64,000 nucleotides of DNA from Gekko japonicus (Eukaryota). The first letter of the stretch is position 1; every line of letters starts with the position of its first letter. Location of the stretch: positions 1,523,900 to 1,587,899 of the forward strand of contig NW_015173673.1 of NCBI RefSeq assembly GCF_001447785.1, written 5' to 3'. A model generated the notes under the pieces. That model had not been told where the DNA came from, made no database searches, and worked only from the letters and a program-made list of their open reading frames with translations. This document shows, one piece after another, positions 1-14,068 of the stretch. Position numbers and translations under genes: made by a program.

Positions 1-135
1 CTTCCTGTGGCAGTGTTAATCACTCTTTGGGTGAAGAAGTACTTCCTTTTATCCGTTCTAACCCGACCGCTCAGCAATTTCATGGAGTGCCCACGAGTTC
101 TTGTATTGTGAGAAAGGGAGAAAAGTACCTCTTTC
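1..135 (-). mobile_element. CR1 LINE 3' fragment, continuing off the window edge
   Basis: Contains gtgaagaagtacttcctttt...gttcttgtattgtgagaa, typical of the reverse complement of reptile CR1 3' ends. Its first bases (cttcctgtggcag) match the end of the CR1 copy at 21189-21201. Confidence 0.7.
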
Positions 136-1533
136 CAATGGTCTGATGCAAATATATGGTAGTTTCATATGCTGACTATTTTACATGCATCCTAGTGCCA
201 CCATTAGATGGAGGGGGAGGGGAACTGAGAGAATTGTTTGACTAAACCTTTTGGGTTAATAAGACAGTCAAGATTGGAAACAGGGAAATCTTGGTTCATA
301 TCGCAGTCTCTTACCATTGTTTACTTATTTCAAATATCCATTCCATATCCTGATCTCTATGCTAAAAATGTTTATCACTCACAACAAAATTATTAAAGCA
401 CATGTCACTAAAACCAAAAAGGCCCAGCATAAAAAGATAAAAACATTTTGACGGCAGCAGGTAATAAAGACAGTCATAAAGAAATACATAGAGATGTGTA
501 TAAAGCAGGAAAAAAGATTTTAGAACAATTTCATTAAAATCTAACCCTAAAGCCAGGCGGAAAACTATATAGAAGCAAACAGGGTGAAGGAGGAAAAACA
601 GAATTCAGCAAAATACCCTGGGGGCGTGAGAGATTTTTGCCTGGTGCCTTATGCTTAAGTTTGGCAAAGGACTGTGGGAAGGGAAGTCCAGCGCTGCTGT
701 TGCCTGAAACTCCCTTCCTTCAGCCTGAAGGCAGGGGCACACGGGACCAGTTCCCAGGAGAAGAAATTAAGTGAAACACAAGTCCGAAGGTAAGTAGGCA
801 ATCCTTCAAAGCCGTACACTAGCCTATTAATTCTTGAAATGGATGCCGGCATTCAGTTTTGAAGCAGTGCAAAACCACAGAGCAGACTTAGTTTTGTCCA
901 TTGAACCTGGCAGCTGCCATCAAGGGCACAGTACATCATTTCGGCTTTCGGAGCCATGGTGTCAGTGTCCTTCATGTCAGCTTTCTCTTGCTGGTACATC
1001 TCACAGTATCTTTATTATAAAATGACTCTGACGTCCATGAAATGGGGAAGGGAGTTATTTCCTACAGCTGCTTTCTCCCTGAACTTGTGAGCACGAACAG
1101 CCGGAGAAGACACAAGATCCATCTGGATCTAAGTTCTCCAGATGTCGTGGGAGAAGAAAAATGGAACTGCATTCTGAACTGGTGCTTTAGGCTAAGTACT
1201 AGTTGAGTTACTCTGGGGATGGCAGTGCAGAGCCTTTCAAGACAATAAAAGCCAGGATCTGATTAGAAAAGTTGTTAAATGTGAGTTGCATTTAATGCGT
1301 GACCCAGCAGTTACCCTAAAAATAGCGGAGGGACTAAATCAGCTCCCAAGCATGGTGGCAGGAGGGGCTCAATCATTCCCTCTCTTCCACCCTGTGCACT
1401 TGCACTAGAAGCAAAGGGCTGTGGTGGTCGAGGCATTTGTTTTAGTGCCAATTCCATGTATCTCCTGGGCAGATTTCAGTCTGAGTGTTGACATCCTTTT
1501 CGGCAAGATCCTGCTCATTATAATGCTCTACTT

Positions 1534-1856
1534 CAGGGTCCCCACTGTTTTTGAGCCTGTGAGCACCATTGGAATTCTGACACGTGGTGGGTCCAATCAC
1601 AAAATGGCTGCTACAGTAGGTGGAGCCAATTACAGAATATCAAGAATTAAGGTAATAAACAACTTTAATAGTAACTCTTCAACATTTCTGGCGGAAACTC
1701 TGTTTTACAGGATGCCTTTTAATCCACACAGCCAATCATAAGCCATGCTGGGCCGAAGCCCCACCTAGCCCTGCCCACTCTAAAAACACATGGCGGCACC
1801 AGAAAAGGTATTGGTGGGGGCCATGACACCCATGGTCACCACCCTGGAGTCTCCTG
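1534..1856. mobile_element. non-autonomous hAT element (MITE)
   Basis: Termini CAGGG...CTCCTG; 8-bp TSD ctctactt (1526-1533) / ctctacct (1857-1864). Confidence 0.75.
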
Positions 1857-3018
1857 CTCTACCTTGTTTCCATGGGAAATAACTGGGGGAAGTGAGTAGT
1901 CTTCTTGACGGTGGGGATAGCCCTACTGCTGGGAAGGCAACTCGTGCCACTTCTAGCCATCGCTCTCTTAAAAAATGTACAAAAGATATGTGTGTACAAG
2001 CATGAAAGTGACGGAGTACACAACTTATGATAAAATGAAAAAAAATCTGAAATGAAGAGCAGTTACAAAGGGGGCAGAGTTTTGTTACTAAATTTTAGAA
2101 GTGATTAATATTCCTCTTTCAGCAGCACATCTGGGAGCAGTTAGCTTAAAAAAAACAGTTGCCATTTTGAAAATAGAGTACAAAATGACACGGGAAGGGG
2201 TGAGTGTGTCATTTATTACCAATGGCTTGACAAACACCAGCCAATCAGTACTTGACACATTCACACAACCAAACTGAAAACTGCACCACTTATAGCAAAG
2301 TGTTTGCATGTATTTCTCATCCCTGGATGCTGCAATCAACACCCCCCGCCCCCATTTTATTAACTTGTAAACATTGCCCATATAAAACCACACTATTTGG
2401 AAAAGACTTATGACTAATACTCTTCTGATCCTATTAGATGGAGGAATATTACAGGCTATAAATGGGGTAGTTTGTTGATTCGCTCTGGAAGGCAATGTGC
2501 CTTTGTACATGGGAGTAAATTCCGTGTTGTCCTTTGAAACTAACTCAAGTGAGAATCATTCCCCTTATCGCAGCCGGATTGTATCACTGGGAACGAGCAT
2601 TAGTCAGAACATGCAGCTTTCACAAGCCTGTTGAGCAGTTAACCCCAGGACTGCTAACCTTGGAAGCACGGGGAGTAACTAAGAGTCTCGTGTTTTCACT
2701 AAGAGACATTGAAATCCTGACAGATTGTTCAAAAGGAATGAAAAACATGGCAAAAGAATCTATTTCCTGCGCATCCTACAGAAAGCACAAAAAGCTTCCA
2801 CCAAATGTAATGATCTGTCGGATGGTCAAGACACAACAGTACTGATAAAGTTGAACATTATCAAGGAGCTGATGTGGAACATATTGACATAAATAAGAAG
2901 ACAGTAGATGAGTGGGAGAAAAAACAACAGAAGGGTATATATAAGCATGAAGGTAAAAAGAAGGCAGCTGAAGGCCAACCAAGGGGCACTTTCTCAGAGT
3001 CCAATTTGCACACAGACA

Positions 3019-3402
3019 TTTATTTATTACTTTATTAATTCGATTTCTATCCCGCCCTCCCCGCAAGCGAGCTTAGGACGGGTTACAAAGTCACATAAGG
3101 ATTGTGACTAAAATAGCAATAGATAAAAATTTAACAATAAAATTCACATTAAAATCAACCAAGCAAACCAGAGCAAACTTGCCTTGATAACAAAACTCAG
3201 ATGGAAGCGTTTCAGAGTGGCGCAACTGGATGGTTTGCTAGATTAAGAAAATCAGTGCTGTCAGCAAGGGAGGCCACGATAGATATGGATGTCCGATGCC
3301 TCAACCGAAAGCCCAGCAGCATAGCTCCATTTTACAGGCCATGCAGAATTGTAACAGATCCCAGAGGGCCCTGATCCCAAGTGAGAGCTTGTTCCACCAG
3401 GT
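3019..3402 (-). mobile_element. L2-type LINE 3' fragment
   Basis: (TTTA)n tail followed by tttctatcccgccctcc...gcctcaaccgaaagcc...ttccaccagg; homologous to the copies at 29300-29730 and 51897-53250. Confidence 0.6.
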
Positions 3403-3687
3403 AGATTATATCAGACACTGTGCTTGACATTGTGTTGGGTGGATACATGTAACATTTGTAGCTGGCTCTTTTAAATTATGCAGAAATACAGTTGGGAACA
3501 GCCTGCCCTTTCTCCTTCTCTGTGTTCTGCAGGAACATATGGTGAGGAAGACACCCATCCATCCCTCACAATGGAGGCTGCACACTAATATACAAATAAT
3601 TGGGTATCTTCAGCTCAGTCAGAACTGTCGCACAACAAGCCACACTAGATCATGAGATGTAGGAAATCCATAAGCAGGTCTTCTGAT

Positions 3688-3893
3688 CAATGTTCCCTCT
3701 AAGCTGGGGAGTCTTGTGAGCAAAAATTCTACTTTGTGAGCTACTGGCATTAAAGTTGTGAGCGAGCGATTTGGCTGCTGCATGAATTAGTTTGTTCTGG
3801 AGCCTTCCTTCCTGAGCTACGACAAAAATGTGTGAGTCAGAGGCTAAAGAACTGTGAGCTAGCTCACACTAACTCAGCTTAGAGGGAACACTG
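3688..3893. mobile_element. hAT MITE (CAGTGTTCCCTCTAAGCTG TIR family), copy 1
   Basis: TIRs caatgttccctctaagctg / cagcttagagggaacactg; perfect 8-bp TSD cttctgat (3680-3687, 3894-3901). Confidence 0.9.
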
Positions 3894-4269
3894 CTTCTGA
3901 TGTCTCTATTTTTTTTTTTGGCTGGGAGGGTGGGGTAGAAAGTTAATAAATAAAATGGGAGGAATTCAATTGGAGCACTAGAAGAGAAAAATTTAATAAT
4001 CTCCCTTGCCATGTTCCTGATCTGAATTGCCTCCTAAACTGTTATTTGTGCCACCTGGAAAAGTGTGTTTCATCTCTCCCAGGTTTTGTATATGGTAGCT
4101 GGGGCATGATGGAGTACACGTAACCTGTAACAAGGAAGGGATTCCTTTCTTCTAGGAGGTGTACATTTTATTACCACCTCTGATTATCACCTCTAATTAC
4201 GATACGAGTTAACCAATCATTTTCTCCAGATTGTAACTGACAGAAATCCCAAAGTAGACAATGGAAGTA

Positions 4270-4655
4270 TTTGACTATTTATTTTATATATTTATTAAAA
4301 CATTTATACCCCATCTTTCCTCTTGGTTCAAGGCAGCTTATGATAACAGTTAAAACACCCACAGCTAAAACCAAAAATAAAATAGCAAGCCCCCAATCCT
4401 TCCCCCTTCCTCTCTTAAAAGATGCCTGCCATTTAAACCCCCTCAAAAGCTGCGGCAAACAGGCAAGCCTTGCAGTGCCACCTGAAGATCTCTAGGGAGG
4501 GCCCCCCACTTCTTCAGGGAGCCCAATCCACAGAGCCAGAGCCATAATAAAAAAAGGCCTGGGCTCTGGTTGATGCCAGATGGGCTACCCTAAATGGTGG
4601 GGAGGCCAACAGATGGCTGCCTGAGGACTGTAGTTGGTGCACAGAGACATATGGA
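4270..4655 (-). mobile_element. degenerate L2-type LINE 3' fragment
   Basis: T-rich tail followed by atttataccccatcttt...aaggcagctta, then ccacagagcc...aaaaaggcctgggctctggttgatgccag, similar to 53110-53160. Confidence 0.5.
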
Positions 4656-4664
4656 AGGATATGG

Positions 4665-4815
4665 ATTATAAACGTTACTAAGTGGCTACAACATTATTCT
4701 GCCCGCCTCCATTTTACTCTCACAACAACAATCCTTTGAGGTAGGTTAGGTTGAGAGAGCATGACTGGCCTAAGGTCACACATGAATGGGGATTCGAACC
4801 TGGATGTCCAATCCA
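4665..4815 (-). mobile_element. tRNA-derived CORE-type SINE (Squam3/MIR-like)
   Basis: ctcacaacaac...gaggtaggttagg...gactggcctaaggtcac...ggggattcgaacc (B-box on the - strand). Confidence 0.7.
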
Positions 4816-4936
4816 GTTGGAAAATGCACTGAAAGTGGATTGAAAGTGGATTATTTAGTGTGCATGACCACAATCCCAGATTGTAGTCCAGCTGCTATAC
4901 TGTGCTGGTTGGTAACTTTCATACCCCCCAGCCCTA

Positions 4937-5133
4937 TATTGTTGTTATTGCCATCCAGTTGCAGCCAATTTATGGCGACCTCATAGGATTTACAAAGCAA
5001 GAGATGAACAGAGGTAGGTTGCCACTGCCTGTCTCTACGTAGCAACTGTGGACTTCCTTAGTGGTTGCCCATGCAAGCACTAACCAGAGCCGATTCTGCT
5101 TAGCTTCCAAGATCTGACGAGACCAGGCTAGTC
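4937..5133 (-). mobile_element. 5S rRNA-derived SINE (SINE3)
   Basis: The reverse complement reads agcctggtctcgtcagatcttggaagctaagcagaatcggctctggttagtgcttgcatggg, the 5S internal control region, followed by a non-5S tail. Confidence 0.8.
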
Positions 5134-5384
5134 TATAAAGTCACAGCATGCTGTAAATCCCATTCAGTTCAATGTGACTTACTCCCAATTAAGTATGTAT
5201 AAAATTGCAGATTTATTAATCTAATAAATCAACTATTTTAAAACTGTTTAACACTGAGGGACAGAGACTTATGCACAATATATGAATGCTTGAAGAAGTT
5301 CCACTGAGGTTTTGTTGAAATTCTGCACATCCATTTTAGAAACTCTCCTCCAGCAACACATTTTAAATGAATAAACTTTCTCTC

Positions 5385-6375
5385 AGCTTTCTTCATTGTC
5401 TAACTTTCATACCCATACATAGTAATGGGAAATACTATGGCACGAATTATCTTGATCTTGGTCACCAGTGACACATCCCTACACTTAAGAATCTCTCTAG
5501 TTCCTTCATGGCTACCCTTCCCAGTCTCAAACTCCTTCTGATTTTTTGGTTCTTTCCACCAATTTTCACTCCACCTTCATCTGAACCTAATCCAGCTTTC
5601 TTTATGATATGTTCTGCACACAGATTTAACAGATAGGGAGATAAAATACACCCCTGTCTGATACATTTGCCAATCAGAAAACATTCTGTTTCTTCACATT
5701 CTGTCCTAACAGTAGCCTCTTGTCCAGAGTACTGGCTGAACTTCAAAGCAATCAGATGTTGTGGCACACCCATTTCTTTAAAACCAACCATAGCTTTTCA
5801 TGATCCATGCAGTCAAAAGCTTTGCCATGATCTATGAAACAAAAACTGATTTTCTTCTGAAATTCTCTCATACACTCCAGTAACCAACATAAATTTGCAA
5901 TATGATCTTTAGTGCCTCTTCCTTTTCTGAATCTAGCTTGAACAATCAGCAATTCTCATTTCCTATATGGTAACAGTCTCTGTTGTAAGATTCTGAGCAT
6001 CATCTCATAAGAAATTAATGCAATGGTCCTATAGTTGCTGCAGTCTTTGATGTCTCCTTTTTTTGGAACTGGAACATAAATTGAGCATTTCCAGTCTGTA
6101 GGCCACTGTTATATTTTCCAATCTGTGGGCATATTCTTGTTAAGATTTTAATGGACTTTGTTTCTGTGGCTTGGAATAGCTATATTGATATCCCATCTAC
6201 TCCTAGTGATTTGTTGCTTTCAGTTGCTTTCAGTACAGCTTTCTCTTTACTTTCTAAACTGTAGGTTCTTCTTCAAAAGTTTCTTCTTTGAAGGAATCTA
6301 TCATTCTTTCATCTCTTCTGTATAGTTCTTCAGTGTATTGTTCCCATCTTGTCTTTATTTCGTCCTGTTCAGTTG
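5385..6375 (-). mobile_element. RTE-BovB LINE fragment (degraded reverse transcriptase)
   Basis: Frameshifted peptides QARFRKGRGTKDHIANL..FCFIDHGKAFDCMDHEKLW and GKCIRQGCILSPYLLNLCAEHII match RTE/BovB RT motifs. The YADD-containing part is deleted. Confidence 0.9.
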
Positions 6376-7744
6376 ATGAAGATAAGGCTACTCACTAAGA
6401 TTTCCAGGGGAAGAATATGTAACAATGACATAGGGTACTTTAGTGTCTCAAGGTTCAGAAATCCTTACAATAGTTGTATGAGAGAGATCAGTATTACTAG
6501 CCCCATATTGTAGCAGACACAGAGTGAATGGGCTGAGAGAAGGGGTGAGCCTGAGAGAACAGTCATTTGCCCACGGCTACACAGTAAGCTTATGACTGAA
6601 GTGAAATTTGAGCAGGAAATATCCTCACCCTTTTACACACTACAGTACACTAGTCATTACCATGTGATTCTTAACTAGATCAGAAAAGAAAATGAAACCT
6701 GCAGGTTCTAGCAGGTTTCAGAGGCCTTACAAAAGTCAAGGCTGGGTGATCAGTGCTGGTTTTTGCATATAGTCCATAATAGCTTGGATCCCACATGTTC
6801 CATCATGGCCATAAAGATCAACTGAGAATGCTTTCTGGACTATATCAGCTACATCCCAAGTTTAAACTGCATGGACCTATAGAAATGTTCTTATGGGCTA
6901 CTCTGCGATTTGTAGCTCCCGTTCCCCAAGCCTGGTGAAGTCCATGCCTGCACACTCTTCTGGAGGTGCTGCATGACCGTCAGGTTTGGATTGGTTTTTA
7001 ACAGTATGTAGGCAAAGGTAATTTTAATTGTGTGTTTTGATTTGATTGTGTGTGTCTTGTTTATATCTATTGTTATTCATATCACACATTGGTAAGGGGA
7101 AGGATAAAACTGAACTAGGTAAAATAAATGAGGAAATAAATATGCAAGGTGTACCAGCTATCATACCTGTCTGGCCTGGGACTACACTTTGACAGTGCTT
7201 TTCTTTATGTCCACGTTCTCAATTCCAGCTCTGTCAAATTCATGACATGCCTGTCCTCATTATGCTGTTATGACAGTTGGCTTAAAAACACCAAACATTC
7301 TTTCAGAGTAATCTTTCAATCGTTTTCATTCTTTCTTAATTGAAATATGCCCGTGTCCATCTGCTCTCCTCCCCAAGTGCTTGACTGTTATTGAATGTCC
7401 AATTGCCATTTTACTCAAAAATAATAAAAAGGAACTAAGGCAAACATAGTATGCCAAAGGGGTGGGGGAGAGCGGGAAAGAAGGTGAAGCTGAAAAAAAT
7501 GAAGACTAAAATTCATTGCAGGTGTGTGAGGTCTGTGTGGGAGGGATCACATTTTCCCAAGCTCCCCACATTAAAACATCCTCCATACATTAAAGCGAGA
7601 ATGTCAGAAAGGAAAGCTTAGCATAGAGCTGCCCCCTCTGATGCTTTATTACATGCAAGAAGTATTTTACATGGGGAAGCATTTCCCATTACATGGGAAA
7701 AGGCACAGTCCATTTGAGTGTAACCTTGCTCAGGATAACACATT

Positions 7745-7945
7745 TGGTATCTTTTTATCCCACTCTTCCTTCAAGGGGCTCAGGACAGCATACACTGGTC
7801 TCCCATCCTCCACTGCATCCTCACAACAACCCTGTGAGGTAGGTTCAGCTGAGAGAGAGAGAGTGACTGGCCCAAGGATAACCCAGTGAGCTTCATGGCA
7901 CAGTGATCCTAGTCCAATCTCTTAACCATCACACCAAGCTGGTTC
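7745..7945 (-). mobile_element. Squam3/MIR-like SINE
   Basis: cctcacaacaaccctgtgaggtaggt...gtgactggcccaagg..acccagtgagcttcatggc...cttaaccatcacacca. Confidence 0.7.
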
Positions 7946-8589
7946 TCATCGTTGTGTGAACACGGAATTTAAAGCTTATTCCCAAACGTCTTTATTAATC
8001 TCCCCAAATCCAAAGCAACCATGAAGAGAGCGATTAGCCATCTACGCCCACCACCACCAATCTCTGAGTTGCTTCTCATCTCAGGAAAAAGAAGGCACTG
8101 TCGGAGCATACATCCATGCTTCACAGCAGCCCATGTCAAGCCATTGTAGTGGCTAACTCTCTGTCTAGAGTCCGGTGTGTCAGCCTGACGTTGGCATGGG
8201 GCCAGTGTCACCCCCTTTCCACCTTGCAGGTTTCCAAAGAGTCAGCTTCCTCTCTAGCTCACTGCCCTTACTCAGTGCTTTCCCCCACTCCCACAGAGAA
8301 AACCAGCAAACATACCTTGCTTTTTTATTGTGGATTTATTGAGCACCACTGGCCGCCTCCCCCCACCTCCCTCCACTGCTTCATAACAAAGAGGACACTG
8401 AAACCTCTCCTGCTAATCTACTCCTGCATGACTTCAATGGGTCTGTTCCAAAAGGGGCTGACGGGAGTTAAAAGGACTTGCTGTTTCTCTAGGAGGAGAT
8501 TAGGCTAATTCTGAGTTTTCCAGCCCCTTCTGTACTCTGGGGATGTAGCTGCACTGACAGTCGAGTCTGCCTGCTTCTCCGGGTCAGTT

Positions 8590-8968
8590 CCTTCACACTG
8601 TGTGATTGTGTGTCTCTATGTGTGCGCGCGCTCTTGTACGTGTGTGTACTGCTGTCATCACAGATGTATCCCCAGCTGTCACTCCACCCTGCTCAGTCTC
8701 TCCTTCTCTCTCCTCCCCACTTGGTGCTTTCTCGATTATTCAGCGGACCGCTGTCTCGGTTACACACAGCCGTCTCCCCTTTGCTCCTCTGCGGTGCTTC
8801 TGTCAGCTCCGGAAACTCGGCACCATGCAGGGAGAAGGGGGCTGATGCTGAGCGGCGTCCTGCAAGTGCTTGCCCGTCTGCCGGCCAATTGCCTGCACTG
8901 GATCACTGGGATACTCACCAGAGGGTTTGGCAGCAAGTCTGAAAAGACTCCATCCTAGCCAGGGAACA
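8590..8968 (+). promoter_or_regulatory. candidate distal promoter / non-coding first exon, possibly of LRTM2
   Basis: Non-repetitive, locally CpG-retaining segment (gtgcgcgcgc, cagcggaccg, gagcggcgtc) ending at a consensus donor aca|GTAAGT (GT at 8969). Linkage to LRTM2 is inference. Confidence 0.35.
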
Positions 8969-9443
8969 GTAAGTATCTCTGCTTTACCATCTGGCTGCTG
9001 GGGAAATGATTTCACTTACGGTTGCCCTTTGCCACCTTCTTTCATCCAGAGGGCACCCATTGCCACGGGGGGGGGGTGGATTTTGTCAGACACTGACAGA
9101 ACTCTCTGTGTGACACGCAGCTTCTGAGGGAAAACCTAACTGGGCAAGCCACTGGGTACCTGTTTGATTAACAGAGTGGCAGGTGAGGATTCCAGGACAA
9201 GCAGCACTTGTGGCTAATTCAAGTTAAGTGAGGAAGGCTAAAGGAAACAAGGTGTGCCAGCCATGGGGAAAGTACAGCCCTTTCTCTAGGGTAGAGGCAG
9301 CTCCAAATTGGGAGAGTTGCTCTGAGCCTAAATAATTTTGGGTCAATAAGAATAGAACAGATTACCCCCCTGCCCCCAAATCAAAGAACACGGGCTCTTC
9401 CTGCATGCCCATCAAAGCAATTTCTGATGGCAACGTGTCCAGA

Positions 9444-9491
9444 NNNNNNNNNNNNNNNNNNNNNNNNNNNNNNNNNNNNNNNNNNNNNNNN
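9444..9491. other. assembly gap
   Basis: Run of N. Confidence 1.
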
Positions 9492-12400
9492 TTTTATGCA
9501 CATAATTTCTAGGCTAAGCTGCTTTAAAAACAGCTGGGTAAAATGAAGGGAGATGACGGAGGAAGAGTTATTTGTGGACTTAGAGCTTGTCCGTAGAAAG
9601 TTCAGATTCCAACAAGCAGGATTTTAAATAATGCTCACTTTATTAGATTTGCCTTTTATGTCCTTTTTCTAATAATGCAGCACAGGAGAATTGTGCACAG
9701 GATACAAACCCAGAGATTCTGTGCCACAAGAGCTGAAAATAGTTATCTAAAGAGACCCCCACCCCCGGTCACACCAGAGGCTGATCCTTGATATCAGAGG
9801 ACCACTGGCCTCCTCCCCCCACCTTGTGAAGGTGTCATGCTGATGGAAGAAGCGGAGAGGCAAAAAGGACAGAGGTAGCTCCAGTTTGCAGCCATTTACC
9901 GTTTTTGATATTTAGTAAGATTTGCTTGGGGGGGGGGGGGAGGCACCAGAGGAAAGGAAGGAGGAGAATAAGGGGAGGGAAAGCTTTTTGCTTTTTCCCT
10001 TGCGTGTGTGTATATGAGACAGGGAGACAGAGAGAGAGAATGCAAAAGCAGAAGAATCTGTGTGCTGAGCAAGGCAGTGTGTACACACTGAGGCCTTCCA
10101 TAGAACAGCCTGCCACAACGCATGCACTTCCTTGCCAGCTTTTTATTGTCATCTCATTTTAAATAAAACCAGAAAAGTTTAGTTCTCAGCTGAATGCTGA
10201 ACCAGACACCCACTTTTTACCCACATGAATACTGTATGTTGGCTCACCACAAAGGTAGACCTCAGAAATAATAATGACAAAGACCCTTAGTTCAGAATGC
10301 TACATTATTTCCCATAATCTGTACAGCAACCTTGTTAGGCAGGGTCAGTATTACCCTTACTGCATAGGGAGGAGAGGTTTAAGGCTGAATTACAGTGTCT
10401 TGTTTTTACTATCTAGCCAATTCAAAATCTGAACTGGGGCCTCCTGGCTCAATGCTCACACTCTTAGGTATTATACCATAGCAGCTCTATAAAATCTGGA
10501 TCTCAACTTTCCCTGTACTTTGGGAATGTGTTCTACTCCTGGATCCTATCTCATTTTCATAATGAATCAGATAACAAACATCAGCAGTCTATCTTAGTCT
10601 CTGCTACTAAAAAACTGGAGAAAAAATTAGGAGCTGGTTTTGGTAAAAGCAGCTGCTGTCCAAGGTGCCGTTACACGATACATTGAAAGAGGCCATATTG
10701 TTACGTATAAAAACAAAACATACACAGATTTGTCACTAAGGTCAGAAAGCCAAGGTCGGTGTTTCTTTCACCACATTTTCCAGCTCATTCCAGATGCTCA
10801 CACCACTCTGCTCTGGAGGTTTGCTGTAGGGGTCCATTTTGGAAAGCTGTATTGTTCTATGTCACCGAGAGTGAACAATATTTGCTAATGAATTAATCCA
10901 AGTGTGTGAAGAGCCCAAAGAAATTGTACCCAGGACATCACTGCAGACCTTATAAGCAGACACCATTCACCTGAGGCAATAAAAAGATAAGTCTAGGAAA
11001 AGGATTAACAGGGAGGAAAGCTGACATAGCAGCTTCATCTTCTAGTGGCATGCTCTCACTCTCGGGGCAACTGAGTATTCTGGTTCCTTTATAAGGAATT
11101 TTTCCATTCCTCTTCTTAAACCTCCAATAAATTAATCACTACAGTTTCTCTAGCACCCATACTGTGATAGGAAGTATGAAGATGTCAGACTTAAATACTG
11201 AATGGTAGATGAAGTCTGGTTTATGGAGATAGCACAAAGGGAAATGGAAAAGCTCAGGTCTATGATGCTTTCATGGTGCCATACAGCACCAATGACCCTA
11301 AGCAGCCCTTCTGCCCCTTGATACTGGCACGAACAGTCTTCTTTTGCTTACTTTTGCACTAGGAGGCAGTCTTCAGCCCCTTTAAAGTACAAGAATTGGT
11401 AAAAATAACTTACATCTCAATTTCCCCATGTAAAGCAATGGCTTTACCTTGCCTCTTAAAACAGACTTCAAGGCTGACAAAGTAAAAATATTCATAAATA
11501 CTATGTATGCTCTAGTCCCATGGATTCTCAAAATTTGATACCTGAATAGGTGGGCCATTTCACAGGCTTTTCTGAAGATATGGGCTACAGGAAATTTGAA
11601 AGAGCTGTTCAGTATTAGTTCATCCCACTGTCTTGAGGACCTCTTAAGTACCTTTGATACATATCACACATACATTGCAAAGCTACCTCAAGGAACATCC
11701 TGGGGCCCCAGAATGGCCCTGTGGAAACATCAACAAGGCTCTTTTAGAGTTGAGGCATGCAGAGCATTCATAAAACAAAGGTTAATCAAGAGGAGAAAAT
11801 GCAGGGAGTTAACTGAGGCAGAAAGAGAAATAAGCAAAAAGCAGAGTTGGTATAAAAATAGTGCAGTTTCAGAATAAGGGTGAATCTTCCCCGGGGATGT
11901 TTGCCAGCAGCTGTAAACATAGATTTAAAAGCCCTCAGGAACTAAGGGGAGCTGCCATTTAATTGCTGACATCTTTCGCTATTCCACATACTCATGACAA
12001 CTTTGTGCACAAAAGTTTCACAAAACACACAGACCACAACCCAGCTACTGACACTCTTCAGGATGTAAGTGAAATCCTTCCTACAGCCTTTTTGAGCTGC
12101 CTTTCATCCTGCTGGTGAAGTGATTTGTAACTATTGAGTCTGTTGATGTTCTGATTCTTATTGAATGGAAGCTAGGAGAAGTGTGGCACTTGGAGTAGGT
12201 CCAAATACAGTGGAAATAAGTTAAAATGACTAGAAAATTTGTGAAGGTGAAGGAATTCTCATCATGAGGTTCTACTCCCAAAAGTGAAAATGACCTATGT
12301 CATGAAGACTAATGTAGGCCTTTCTAGGTAAATAATATTAGTTGCATGGCTGTTACCTGCTTGTGCAGGATCCAGATATCCTTTTTAAGGGTATATATCT

Positions 12401-14026
12401 ATTTGTAGGGATATTTTATTTTCCTAGCCTTCAAAATACAATATTCTATCACTGGGAAGATGGGATTTTCCTTCCCAGTAAGCACCCTCATTAAAGTCAT
12501 GAGTGTTTTATGGCTACATGAATGTCACAAGCAAACTATCATTATCATGTAGCAACACAGTGGTTTCCCCTCCATTCCTGCACCATTTTGTGACCTTAAA
12601 ATATTATTTTGATTGACTGAGAGTCTGATTGCTTTTGTACTGAATAATTAAATGTTGGAGTTCATATCCCCCCCCCCTTTAAAGGGTAAGTCAATGACTA
12701 TGGCTTTCTCTGTTTCTCACATAAAGCTATCCTCTCTGCAGAATCTTTCCCATTCCTCGTCTACTGTATAGGAATGGCATATCACATGACTGGTGCCAGT
12801 TGTGGGTTAGAACAAGCATGGTACTAAGAGAGAAAAAACTTGCATTTTTGAGAGGTTACACAGCATCATGGTTTTTGTTGTCTTAGGCTGGCATATACAG
12901 GAGTTTTCATACAGAAGCTATTTTCATGATTGTGCTTCAGGATAAACTTTGACAGTCTTAAGGCATGTATCTGTTCTTTGCTTGTGAGACTGAAAATAGG
13001 CATGAGAATACATATGGCCTGGGGCAAACAAGATTAAAATATTGCAAGAATGCATATGGTTTGATGCAAGAGGTTTGAAAGAATATTGGAATCCATAATT
13101 CTCATATAGGTAAGCATGGCTTGTAAGTGGATTCAGCATGGCAGATTTCAGAATGACTGCCTGAATTTTCAGATCAGGATTTGGAAGTGCTGGAATCAAG
13201 AAAAAAGTTATTAAATTTTGAGATTTTAATTTTGGTGGTATGTTTGGTTCTGCTCTCACCACAAGGATAAGCTTGGGGCACTGTCTCTCTGACCCCATAT
13301 TCATTTGCTTGCTAGGGTTTGTATCTAAGTAAATATTAATTTGTTTCCCACACAGTCTCTTTATGGAACTGATGGAAAGGGAGTGTATAAATATTTTAAA
13401 CAAAATAAATAAGACAATCTTTGCTTCCATCTACACTATTTTAGCCCACCTCAAAAATCTTCTGCCCCAGTGGTAAAGTGCTAATGCTGCCCACTAAAGA
13501 CACCCTGGCATAAACAGCTGTTTTTATTTTGGGCATGAGCTACAATTAGGTTTTTGCAGTGTCTAACCCTAGAACCATTTGGCCCCCTGTTTGATTTAAT
13601 AAGAACAGGCAGGTGTTGTCATGGTAATCCACTTATTTGCCTCCAGCTCAGGCACAAAGCCAGAAGTCACAGTGGGAGATTTTTCTCAACAACAAACGTG
13701 CCACAGGGCAGAGGTGTGGTCTAGTAGCTTGCACATCAGGCAGCTGAACTAAGATATAAGGAATTTAAATCCAGTGTCATGACACTTCAGTGCTCCTTGG
13801 TCATCTCCTTTCTCCCTTGTCTGATCTGGCTATTTTCAGAGGTGTATCTTCAGTACAGCACCTCTGAAACACAACCAAAGACACCTTCCCTCCTCTGCAT
13901 CGTGTCCTATGGCAAGCTTACCCCACACCCCATCTGCACTGCAGATAGGGATCACTCCAGTCCCGTGTGGCAAATATTGTAAGCGCAGTCACAAGAACCC
14001 ATCATTCCTGCCTAAAGACAGAATGT

Positions 14027-14068
14027 NNNNNNNNNNNNNNNNNNNNNNNNNNNNNNNNNNNNNNNNNN
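14027..14068. other. assembly gap
   Basis: Run of N. Confidence 1.

Noticed and set aside
8817-8837. REST/RE1-like site (ctcggcaccatgcagggag)
   Set aside because: Only the left half-site resembles the consensus; the GGACAG half is absent.
12924-13430. 168-aa - strand ORF
   Set aside because: AT-rich, no domain or motif, and no splice-site support; consistent with a chance ORF.
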